Made by a program: the position numbers and the translations under genes. 64,000 bases of DNA from assembly GCA_964187785.1 (NCBI GenBank), contig OZ076415.1, positions 48,050,001-48,114,000 on the forward strand, written 5' to 3'. Below the pieces are notes generated by a model. It searched no databases. It saw only the letters and a program-made list of their open reading frames with translations, and was not told where the DNA came from. The stretch is from Amphiscolops sp. MND2022 (Eukaryota). This document shows, piece after piece, positions 1 to 11,000 of the stretch; position 1 is the first letter of the stretch; each line of letters opens with the position of its first letter.

Positions 1-1394
1 AAAGCCGGAGTATTCTCTCGTGTATTATCGGAATCTGACATAGAATCCAGGTCGAACCGCGATGAAATCTAGCACAACTTTCAGGTTAGGAAACGAAATC
101 TACCACGTTGAAAGCAACTGAAAGCACAAAAACCCAACAATGAGAACAGACAGAAAAAGGCGCGACGAGAGTCGAACCTAAAACCTTCTACATAGGAGAC
201 AGACACCTTATCCAATATGCCACGCAGCTGCGAGCATCAAAACATTCACCTAAAAGTGGTCATTACCTGAAAACGCAACGTCATCTATTCATCATTGCAG
301 CGCAGGCCTACGAAAAGCACAAATTGACAACATAGGAACGAACAAGAAAACAGCCAGGACGGGACTCGAACCCGCAATCTTCTACTTAGGAGACACACGC
401 TTCATCTATAAGGCCACGCGGCTGTGAGCATCAAAACAAGAAGCTGGAGGTTGTCATTACCTGAAAGCGCAACGTCATCTATTCATTGTTCCAGCGAAGG
501 CCAACAAAAAGCACAAATTGACAACATGGGAACCAACAAGAAAACAGCCACGACGGGACTCGAGCCCGCAATCTTCTACTTAGGAGGCAGACGCCTTATC
601 CATTAGGCCACGCGGCTGTGAGCATCCAAACATGAAGCTGAAGGTGATCATTGCCTGGAAACTCTACTTCATCCATTCATCGTTCCAGTGCAGACCAACA
701 AAAAGAATAATTTGACAAAATGGGAACCATTACGAAAACAGCCACGACGGGACTCGAACCCACAATCTTCTACTTAGGAGGCAGACGCCTTATCCATTAG
801 GCCACGCAGATGTGAGCATCCAAACATGAAGCTGAAGATGAAAGCTAACTGAAAAAGCCGGAGTATTCTCACGTGTATTATCGGAATCTGACATAGAATC
901 CAGGTCGAACCGCGATGAAATCTAGCACAACTTTCAGGAGGTTAAGGAAACGAAATCTACCACGTTGAAAGCAACTGAAAGCACAAAAACGCAACAATGA
1001 GAACAGACAGAAAAAGGCGCGACGAGAGTCGAACCTAAAACCTTCTACATAGGAGACAGACAACTTATCCAAAGCAGCTGCGAGCATCAAAACATTCACA
1101 TAAAAGTTGTCATTACCTGAAAACGCAACGTCATCTATTCATCGTTGCAGCGCAGACCTACGAAAAGCACAAATTGACAACATGGGAACGAACAAGAAAA
1201 CAGCCAGGGCGGGACTCGAAGCCGCAATCTTCTACTTAGGAGGCACACGCTTCATCTATAAGGCCACGCGGCTGTGAGCATCAAAACAAGAAGCTGAAGG
1301 TTGTCATTACCTGAAAACGCAACGTCATCTATTCATTGTTCCAGCGAAGGCCAACAAAAAGCACAATTTGACAACATGGGAACCAACAAGAAAA

Positions 1395-1467
1395 CAGCCA
1401 CGACGGGACTCGAACCCGCAATCTTCTACTTAGGAGGCAGACGCCTTATCCATTAGGCCACGCGGCT
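1395..1467 (-). tRNA. tRNA-Arg(CCT), canonical intact copy
   Basis: Minus strand AGCCGCG TG GCCT AATGGATA AGGC G TCTGC CTCCTAA GTAGA AGATT GCGGG TTCGAGT CCCGT CGTGGCT G = 73 nt. All four stems pair (with G:U), anticodon CCT, A box TGGCCTAATGG, B box GGTTCGAGTCC, TTTT terminator immediately 3'. D and anticodon arms closely resemble known eukaryotic tRNA-Arg-CCT. Confidence 0.93.
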
Positions 1468-2052
1468 GTGAGCATCCAAACATGAAGCTGAAGGTGATCA
1501 TTGCATGAAAGCTCTACTTCATCCATTCATCGTTCCAGTGCAGACCAACAAAAACAATAATTTGACAAAATGGGAACCATTAGGAAAACAGCCACGACGG
1601 GACTCGAACCCACAATCTTCTACTTAGGAGGCAGACGCCTTATTCATTAGGCCACGCAGATGTGAGCATCCAAACATGAAGCTGAAGATGAAAGCCAACT
1701 GAAAAAGCCGGAGTATTCTCTCGTGTATTATCGGAATCTGACATAGAATCCAGGTCGAACCGCGATGAAATCTAGCACAACTTTCAGGAGGTCAGGAAAC
1801 GAAATCTACCACGTTGAAAGCAACTGAAAGCACAAAAACCCAACAATGAGGACAGACAAAGGCGCGATGAAAGTCGAACCTAAAACCTTCTACATAGGAG
1901 ACAGACACCTTATCCAATATGCCACGCAGCTGCGAGCATCAAAACATTCACCTAAAAGTGGTCATTACCTGAAAACGCAACGTCATCTATTCATTGTTCC
2001 AGCGAAGGCCAACAAAAAGCACAAATTGACAACATGAGAACAAACAAGAAAA

Positions 2053-2125
2053 CAGCCACGACGGGACTCGAACCCGCAATCTTCTACTTAGGAGGCAGAC
2101 GCCTTATCCATTAGGCCACGCGGCT
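2053..2125 (-). tRNA. tRNA-Arg(CCT), canonical intact copy
   Basis: Identical to the 73-nt canonical sequence at 1395-1467, followed by TTTT on the minus strand. Confidence 0.9.
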
Positions 2126-2709
2126 GTGAGCATCCAAACATGAAGCTGAAGGTGATCAATGCCTGAAAACTCTACTTCATCCATTCATCGTTCCAGCGCA
2201 GACCAACGAAAAGAACAAATTGACAAAATGGGAACCATTACGAAAACAGCCACGACGGACTCGAACCCACAATCTTCTACTTAGGAGGCAGACGCCTTAT
2301 CCATTAGGCCACGCGGCTGTGAGCATCCAAACATGAAGCTGAAGATGAAAGCTAACTGAAAAATCGGAGTATTCTCTCGTGTATTATCGGAACTCAGCAT
2401 CTGACATAGAATCCAGGTCGAACCGCGATGAAATCTAGCACAACGTTCAGGAGGTTAGGAAACGAAATCTACCACATTGAAAGCACAAAAACACAAGAAT
2501 GAGAACAGACAGAAAAAAGCGCGACGAGAGTCGAACCTAAAACCTTCTACATAGGAGACAGACACCTTATCCAATATGCCACGCAGCTGCGAGCATCAAA
2601 ACATTCACCTAAAAGTGGTCATTACCTGAAAACGCAACGTCATCTATTCATTGTTCCAGCGAAGGCCAACAAAAAGCACAATTTGACAACATGGGAACCA
2701 ACAAGAAAA

Positions 2710-2782
2710 CAGCCACGACGGGACTCGAACCCGCAATCTTCTACTTAGGAGGCAGACGCCTTATCCATTAGGCCACGCGGCT
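2710..2782 (-). tRNA. tRNA-Arg(CCT), canonical intact copy
   Basis: Identical to the canonical 73-nt sequence. Confidence 0.9.
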
Positions 2783-5079
2783 GTGAGCATCCAAACATGA
2801 AGCTGAAGGTGATCATTGCCTGAAAACTCTACTTCATCCATTCATCGTTCCAGTGCAGACCAACAAAAAGAATAATTTGACAAAATGGGAACCATTACGA
2901 AAACAGCCACGACGGGACTCGAACCCACAATCTTCTACTTAGGAGGCAGACGCCTTATCCATTAGGCCACGCAGATGTGAGCATCCAAACATGAAGCTGA
3001 AGATGAAAGCTAACTGAAAAAGCCGGAGTATTCTCTCGTGTATTATCGGAATCTGACATAGAATCCAGGTCGAACCGCGATGAAATCTAGCACAACTTCC
3101 AGGAGGTTAGGAAACGAAATCTACCACGTTGAAAGCAACTGAAAGCACAAAAACCCAACAATGAGAACAGACAGAAAAAGGCGCGACGAGAGTCGAACCT
3201 AAAACCTTCTACATAGGAGACAGACACCTTATCCAATATGCCACGCAGCTGCAAGCATCAAAACATTCACCTAAAAGTGGTCATTACCTGAAAACGCAAC
3301 GTCATCTATTCATCGTTGCAGCGCAGGCCTACGAAAAGCACAAATTGACAACATGGGAACGAACAAGAAAACAGCCAGGGCGGGACTCGAAGCCGCAATC
3401 TTCTACTTAGGAGGCACACGCTTCATCTATAAGGCCACGCGGCTGTGAGCATCAAAACAAGAAGCTGAAGGTTGTCATTACCTGAAAACGCAACGTCATC
3501 TATTCATTGTTCCAGCGAAGGCCAACAAAAAGCACAAGTTGACAACATGGGAACCAACAAGAAAACAGCCACGACGGGACTCGAACCCGCAATCTTCTAC
3601 TTAGGAGGCAGACGCCTTATCCATTAGGCCACGCGTCTGTGAGCATCCAAACATGAAGCTGAAGGTGATCATTGCCTGAAAACTCTACTTCATCCATTCA
3701 TCGTTCCAGTGCAGACCAACAAAAAGAATAATTTGACAAAATGGGAACCTTTAGGAAAACAACCACGACGGGACTCGAACCCACAATCTTCTACTTAGGA
3801 GGCAGACGACTATCCATTAGGCCACGCAGATGTGAGCATCCGAACATGAAGCTGAAGATGAAAGCTAACTGAAAAAGCCGGAGTATTCTCTCGTGTATTA
3901 TCGGAATCTGACATAGAATCCAGGTCGAACCGCGATGAAATCTAGCACAACTTTCAGGTTAGGAAACGAAATCTACCACGTTGAAAGCAACTGAAAGCAC
4001 AAAAACCCAACAATGAGAACAGACAGAAAAAGGCGCGACGAGAGTCGAACCTAAAACCTTCTACATAGGAGACAGACACCTTATCCAATATGCCACGCAG
4101 CTGCGAGCATCAAAACATTCACCTAAAAGTGGTCATTACCTGAAAACGCAACGTCATCTATTCATTGTTCCAGCGAAGGCCAACAAAAAGCACAAATTGA
4201 CAACATGAGAACAAACAAGAAAACAGCCACGACGGGACTCGAACCCGCAATCTTCTACGTAGGAGGCAGACGCTTCATCTATAAGGCCACGCGGCTGTGA
4301 GCATCAAAACAAGAAGCTGAAGGTTGTCATTACCTGAAAACGCAACGTCATCTATTCATTGTTCCAGCGAAGGCCAACAAAAAGCACAATTTGACAACAT
4401 GGGAACCAACAAGAAAACAGCCACGACGGGACTCGAACCCGCAATCTTCTACTTAGGAGGCAGACGCCTTATCCATTAGGCCACGGGGCTGTGAGCATCC
4501 AAACATGAAGCTGAAGGTGATCATTGCTTGAAAACTCTACTTCATCCATTCATCGTTCCAGTGCAGACCAACAAAAAGAATAATTTGACAAAATGGGAAC
4601 CATTAGGAAAACAGCCACGACGGGACTCGAACCCACAATCTTCTACTTAGGAGGCAGACGCCTTATCCATTAGGCCACGCAGATGTGAGCATCCAAACAT
4701 GAAGCTGAAGATGAAAGCTAACTGAAAAAGCCGGAGTATTCTCTCGTGTATTATCGGAATCTGACATAGAATCCAGGTCGAACCGCGATGAAATCTAGCA
4801 CAACTTTCAGGAGGTTAGGAAACGAAATCTACCACGTTGAAAGCAACTGAAAGCACAAAAACCCAACAATGAGAACAGACAGAAAAAGGCGCGACGAGAG
4901 TCGAACCTGAAACCTTCTACATAGGAGACAGACACCTTATCCAATATGCCACGCAGCTGCGAGCATCAAAACATTCACCTAAAAGTGGTCATTACCTGAA
5001 AACGCAACGTCATCTATTCATTGTTCCAGCGAAGGCCAACAAAAAGCACAAATTGACAACATGAGAACAAACAAGAAAA

Positions 5080-5152
5080 CAGCCACGACGGGACTCGAAC
5101 CCGCAATCTTCTACTTAGGAGGCAGACGCCTTATCCATTAGGCCACGCGGCT
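5080..5152 (-). tRNA. tRNA-Arg(CCT), canonical intact copy
   Basis: Identical to the canonical 73-nt sequence. Confidence 0.9.
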
Positions 5153-6588
5153 GTGAGCATCCAAACATGAAGCTGAAGGTGATCATTGCCTGGAAACTCT
5201 ACTTCATCCATTCATCGTTCCAGCGCAGACCAACGAAAAGAACAAATTGACAAAATGGGAACCATTACGAAAACAGCCACGACGGACTCGAACCCACAAT
5301 CTTCTACTTAGGAGGCAGACGCCTTATCCATTAGGCCACGCGGCTGTGAGCATCCAAACATGAAGCTGAAGATGAAAGCTAACTGAAAAATCGGAGTATT
5401 CTCTCGTGTATTATCGGAACTCAGCATCTGACATAGAATCCAGGTCGAACCGCGATGAAATCTAGCACAACGTTCAGGAGGTTAGAAAACGAAATCTACC
5501 ACATTAAAAGCACAAAAACACAACAATGAGAACAGACAGAAAAAGGCGCGACGAGAGTCGAACCTAAAACCTTCTACATAGGAGACAGACACCTTATCCA
5601 ATATGCCACGCAGCTGCGAGCATCAAAACATTCACCTAAAAGTGGTCATTACCTGAAAACGCAACGTCATCTATTCATTGTTCCAGCGAAGGCCAACAAA
5701 AAGCACAATTTGACAACATGGGAACCAACAAGAAAACATCCACGACGGGACACGAACCCGCAATCTTCTACTTAGGAGGCAGACGCCTTATCCATTAGGC
5801 CACGCGGCTGTGAGCATCCAAACATGAAGCTGAAGGTGATCATTGCCTGAAAACTCTACTTCATCCATTTATCGTTCCAGTGCAGACCAACAAAAAGAAT
5901 AATTTGACAAAATGGGAACCATTACGAAAACAGCCACGACGGGACTCGAACCCACAATCTTCTACTTAGGAGGCAGACGCCTTATCCATTAGGCCACGCG
6001 GCTGTGAGCATCCAAACATGAAGCTGAAGGTGATCATTGCCTGAAAACTCTACTTCATCCATTCATCGTTCCAGCGCAGACCAACGAAAAGAACAAATTG
6101 ACAAAATGGGAACCATTACGAAAACAGCCACGACGGACTCGAACCCACAATCTTCTACTTAGGAGGCAGACGCCTTATCCATTAGGCCACGCGGCTGTGA
6201 GCATCCAAACATGAAGCTGAAGGTGAAAGCTAACTGAAAAATCGGAGTATTCTCTCGTGTATTATCGGAACTCAGCATCTGACATAGAATCCAGGTCGAA
6301 CCGCGATGAAATCTAGCACAACGTTCAGGAGGTTAGGAAACGAAATCTACCACATTGAAAGCACAAAAACACAACAATGAGAACAGACAGAAAAAGGAGC
6401 GACGAGAGTCGAACCTGAAACCTTCTACATAGGAGACAGACACCTTATCCAATATGCCACGCAGCTGCGAGCATCAAAACATTCACCTAAAAGTGGTCAT
6501 TACCTGAAAACGCAACGTCATCTATTCATTGTTCAAGCGAAGGCCAACAAAAAAGCACAAATTGACAACATGAGAACAAACAAGAAAA

Positions 6589-6661
6589 CAGCCACGACGG
6601 GACTCGAACCCGCAATCTTCTACTTAGGAGGCAGACGCCTTATCCATTAGGCCACGCGGCT
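6589..6661 (-). tRNA. tRNA-Arg(CCT), canonical intact copy
   Basis: Identical to the canonical 73-nt sequence. Confidence 0.9.
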
Positions 6662-6897
6662 GTGAGCATCCAAACATGAAGCTGAAGGTGATCATTGCCT
6701 GAAAACTCTACTTCATCCATTCATCGTTCCAGCGCAGACCAACGAAAAGATCAAATTGACAAAATGGGAACCATTACGAAAACAGCCACGACGGGACTCG
6801 AACCCACAATCTTCTACTTAGGAGGCAGACGCCTTATCCATTAGGCCACGCGGCTGTGAGCATCCAAACATGAAGCTGAAGATGAAAACTAACTGAA

Positions 6898-7183
6898 GCA
6901 CAGAGGCGAAGCGGTGCTTCGCAACACATGACGAAGACATTATTTTAATATGCGTATATTTATTATTTTAATCGCATGCGTATATATTCAAATGTTCAAC
7001 TTTGTTCAATAACGTCCCTATGGCACAGTGGTCAACACTTATGCCGTGCAATCGGGAGGCAGCAGGTTCGAATCTCTCAGGGGTTTTGGCTTTTATCTAA
7101 AAGGCGCTCATTATGAAGTTGACTATTGTGGAAAAAAAAACTTTCTTAGCTGGACTGCAATGCACATTGACTTCGTCATGTGC
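6898..7183 (-). mobile_element. 286-bp non-autonomous Helentron/Helitron2-like element (HINE architecture) inserted in the array spacer
   Basis: Absent from all other spacer copies and inserted within an A run (tgaa|...|aaaaag). Asymmetric inverted repeats CACATGACGAAG (6925-6936) / CTTCGTCATGTG (7171-7182). Perfect hairpin GCGAAGC-ggt-GCTTCGC (6906-6922) lies outside one subTIR, and the other subTIR sits in a terminal hairpin (7162-7183). No clear TSD beyond the A run. Confidence 0.72.
7014..7087 (+). promoter_or_regulatory. tRNA-like Pol III internal promoter cassette (A box + B box + T4) inside the 286-bp element
   Basis: A box TGGCACAGTGG (7021-7031), B box GGTTCGAATC (7065-7074), partial acceptor pairing TCCCT/AGGGG, TTTT at 7084-7087. 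Anticodon and T stems do not pair well, so this is not a functional tRNA. Confidence 0.65.
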
Positions 7184-7930
7184 AAAAAGCGGAGTATTCT
7201 CTCGTGTATTATCGGAACTCAGCATCTGACATAGAATCCAGGTCGAACCGCAACGAAATCTAGCACAACATTCAGGAGGTTAGGAAACGAAATCTACCAC
7301 ATTAAAAGCAACTGAAGGCACAAAAACGCAACAATGAGAACAGACAAAAAAAGCGCGACGGGAGTCGAACCCAAATTCTTCTACATAGAAGACAGACACC
7401 TTATCCATTATGCCACGCAGCTGCGAGCATCAAAACAGTCACCTGAAAGTGGTCATTACCTGAAAACGCAACGTCATCTATTCATCGTTCCAGCGCAGGC
7501 CAATGAAAAGCACAAATTGACAACATGGAAACGAACAACAAAACAGCCAGGACGTGACCCGAACCCGCAATCTTTACTCAGAAGGCAGGCGCTTTATCTA
7601 TTAGGCCACGCGGCTGTGAGCATCCGAACAAGAAGCTGAAGGTGATCATTGCCTGAAAACGCAACGTCATTTATTCATCGTTCCAGCGCAGGCCAACGAA
7701 AAGCACAAATTGACAACATGGGAACGAACAACAAAACAGCCAGGACGGGACTCCAACCCGCAATCTTCTACTTAGGAGGCAGACGCATTATCTATTAGGC
7801 CACGCGGCTGTGAGCATCAAAACAAGAAGCTGAAAGGTGTAATTACCTGAAAACGCAACGTCATCTATTCATTGTTCCAGCGCAGGCCAACAAAAAGCAC
7901 AAATTGACAACATGGAAACAAACAAGAAAA

Positions 7931-8003
7931 CAGCCACGACGGGACTCGAACCCGCAATCTTCTACTTAGGAGGCAGACGCCTTATCCATTAGGCCACGCG
8001 GCT
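7931..8003 (-). tRNA. tRNA-Arg(CCT), canonical intact copy
   Basis: Identical to the canonical 73-nt sequence. Confidence 0.9.
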
Positions 8004-11000
8004 GTGAGCATCGAAACATGAAGCTTAAAATGAAAGCTAACTTAAAAAGGCGGAGTATTCTCTCGTGTATTATCGGAACTCAGCATCTGACATAGAATCC
8101 TGGTCGAACCGCGATGAAATCTAGCACAACGTTCAAGAGGTTAGGAAACGAAATCTACCACATCAAAAGCAACTGAAGGCACAAAAACGCAACAATGAGA
8201 GCAGACAAAAAAAGGCGCGACGGGAGTCGAACCCAAATTCTTCTACATAGAAGACAGACACCTTATCCATTATGCCACGCAGCTGCGAGCATCAAAACAG
8301 TCACCTGAAAGTGGTCATTACCTGAAAACGCAACGTCATCTATTCATCGTTCCAGCGCAGGCCAATGAAAAGCACAAATTGACAACATGGAAACGAACAA
8401 CAAAACAGCCAGGACGGGACCCGAACCCGCAATCTTTTACTTAGAAGGCAGGCGCCTTATCTATTAGGCCAGGCGGCTGTGAGCATCCGAACAAGAAGCT
8501 GAAGGTGATCATTGCCTGAAAACGCAACGTCATCTATTCATCGTTCCAGCGCAGGCCAACGAAAAGAACAAATTGACAACATGGGAACGAACAACAAAAC
8601 AGCCAGGACGGGACTCCAACCCGCAATCTTCTACTTAGGAGGCAGACGCCTTATCTATTGGGCCACGCGGCTGTGAGCATCCGAACAAGAAGCTGAAGGT
8701 GATCATTGCCTGAAAACGCAACTTCATCTATTCATCGTTCCAGCGCAGACCAACGAAAAGAACAAATTGACAACATGGGAACCATTACGAAAACAGCCAC
8801 GACGGGACTCGAACCCGCAATCTTCTACTTAGGAGGCAGACGCTTTATCCATTAGGCCACGCGGCTGTGAGCATCCAAACATGAAGCTGAAGATGAAAGC
8901 TAACTGAAAAAAGGGAAGTATTCTCGTGTATTATCGGAACTCAGCATCTGACATAGAATCCAGGTCGAACCGCGATGAAATCTAGCACAACGTTCGGGAG
9001 GTTAGGAAACGAAATCTACCACATTGAAAGCAACTGAAAGCACAAAAACGCAACAATGAGAACATACAGAAAAAGGCGCGACGGGAGTCGAACCTAAAAC
9101 CTTCTACATAGGAGACAGACAACTTATCCAACGCAGCTGCGAGCATCAAAACATTCACCTAAAAGTGGTCATTACCTGAAAACGCAACGTCATCTATTCA
9201 TCGTTGCAGCGCAGGCCTACGAAAAGCACAAATTGACAACATGGGAACGAACAAGAAAACAGTCAGGACGGGACTCGAACCCGCAATCTTCTACTTAGGA
9301 CGCAGACGGCTTATCCATTAGTCCACGCGGCTGTGAGCACCCAAACATGAAGCTGAAGGTGATCATTGCCTGAAAACTCTACTTCATCCATTCATCGTTC
9401 CAGCGCATACCAACGAAAAGAACAAATTGACAAAATGGGAAGCATTACGAAAACAGCCACGACGGGACTCGAACCCGCAATCTTCTACTCAGGAGGCAGA
9501 CGCCTTATCCATTAGGCCATGCGGCTGTGAGCATCCAAACATGAAGCTGAAGATGAAAGCTAACTGAAAAAGGCGGAGTAGTCTCTCGTGTATTATCGGA
9601 ACTCAGCATCTGACATAGAATCCAGGTCGAACCGCGATGAAATCTAGCACAACTTTCAGGAGGTTAGGAAACGAAATCTACCACATTGAAAGCACAAAAA
9701 CGCAACAATGAGAACAGACAGAAAAAGGCGCGACGAGAGTCGAACCTAAAACCTACATAGGAGACAGACACCTTATCCAATATGCCACGCAGCTGCGAGC
9801 ATCAAAACATTCACCTAAAAGTGGTCATTACCTGAAAACGCAACGTCATCTATTCATTGTTCCAGCGTAGGCCAACAAAAAGCACAAATTGACAACATGG
9901 GAACAAACAAGAAAACAGCCACGACGTGACTCGAACCGCAATCTTCTACTTAGGAGGCACACGCCTTATCCATTAGGCCACGCGGCTGTGAGCATCAAAA
10001 CATGAAGCTGAAGATGAAAGCTAACTGAAAAAGGCGGAGTATTCTCTCGTGTATTATCGGAACTCAGCATCTGACATAGAATCCAGGTCGAACCGCGATG
10101 AAATCTAGCACAACGTTCAGGAGGTTAGGAAACGAAATCTACCACATTAAAAGCAACTGAAAGCACAAAAACGCAACAATGAGGACAGACAAAAAAGGCG
10201 CGACGGGAGTCGAACCCAAATTCTTCTACATAGAAGACAGACACCTTATCCATTATGCCACGCAGCTGCGAGCATCAAAACAGTCAACTGAAAGTGGTCA
10301 ATACCTGAAAACGCAACGTCATCTATTCATCGTTCCAGCGCAGGCCAATGAAAAGCACAAAATGACAACATCGAAACGAACAACAAAACAGCCAGGACGG
10401 GACCCGAACCCGCAATCTTCTACTTAGGAGGCAGGCGCCTTATCTATTAGGCCACGCGGCTGTGAGCATCCGAACAAGAAGCTGAAGGTGATCATTGCCT
10501 GAAAACGCAACGTCATCTATTCATCGTTCCAGCGCAGGCCAACGAAAAGCACAAATTGACAACATGGGAACGAAAACAAAACATCCAGGACGGGACTCCA
10601 ACCCGCAATCTTCTACTTAGGAGGCACACGCGGCTGTGAGCATCCGAACAAGAAGCTGAAGGTGATCATTGCCTGAAAACGCAACTTCATCTATTCATCG
10701 TTCCAGTGCAGACCAACGAAAAGAACAAATTGACAACATGGGAACCATTACGAAATCAGCCACGACGGGACTCGAACCCGCAATCTTCTACTTAGGAGGC
10801 AGACTCCTTATCCATTAGGCCACGCGGCTGTGAGCATCCAAGCATCAAGCTGAAGATGATAGCTAACTGAAAAAGGCGGAGTATTCTCTCGTGTATTATC
10901 GGAACTCTGCATCTAACATAGAATCCAGGTCGAACCGCGATGAAATCTAGCACAACGTTCGGGAGGTTAGGAAACGAAACCTACCACAATGAAAGCAACT

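Noticed and set aside
546-617. Apparent intact tRNA-Arg copy
   Set aside because: It has a T-loop substitution (TTC to CTC on the minus strand; plus strand cgagcccg), so it was not listed as canonical.
7024-7030. CACAGTG resembling a RAG/Transib RSS heptamer
   Set aside because: It is part of the A box, and no nonamer lies at 12 or 23 bp spacing.
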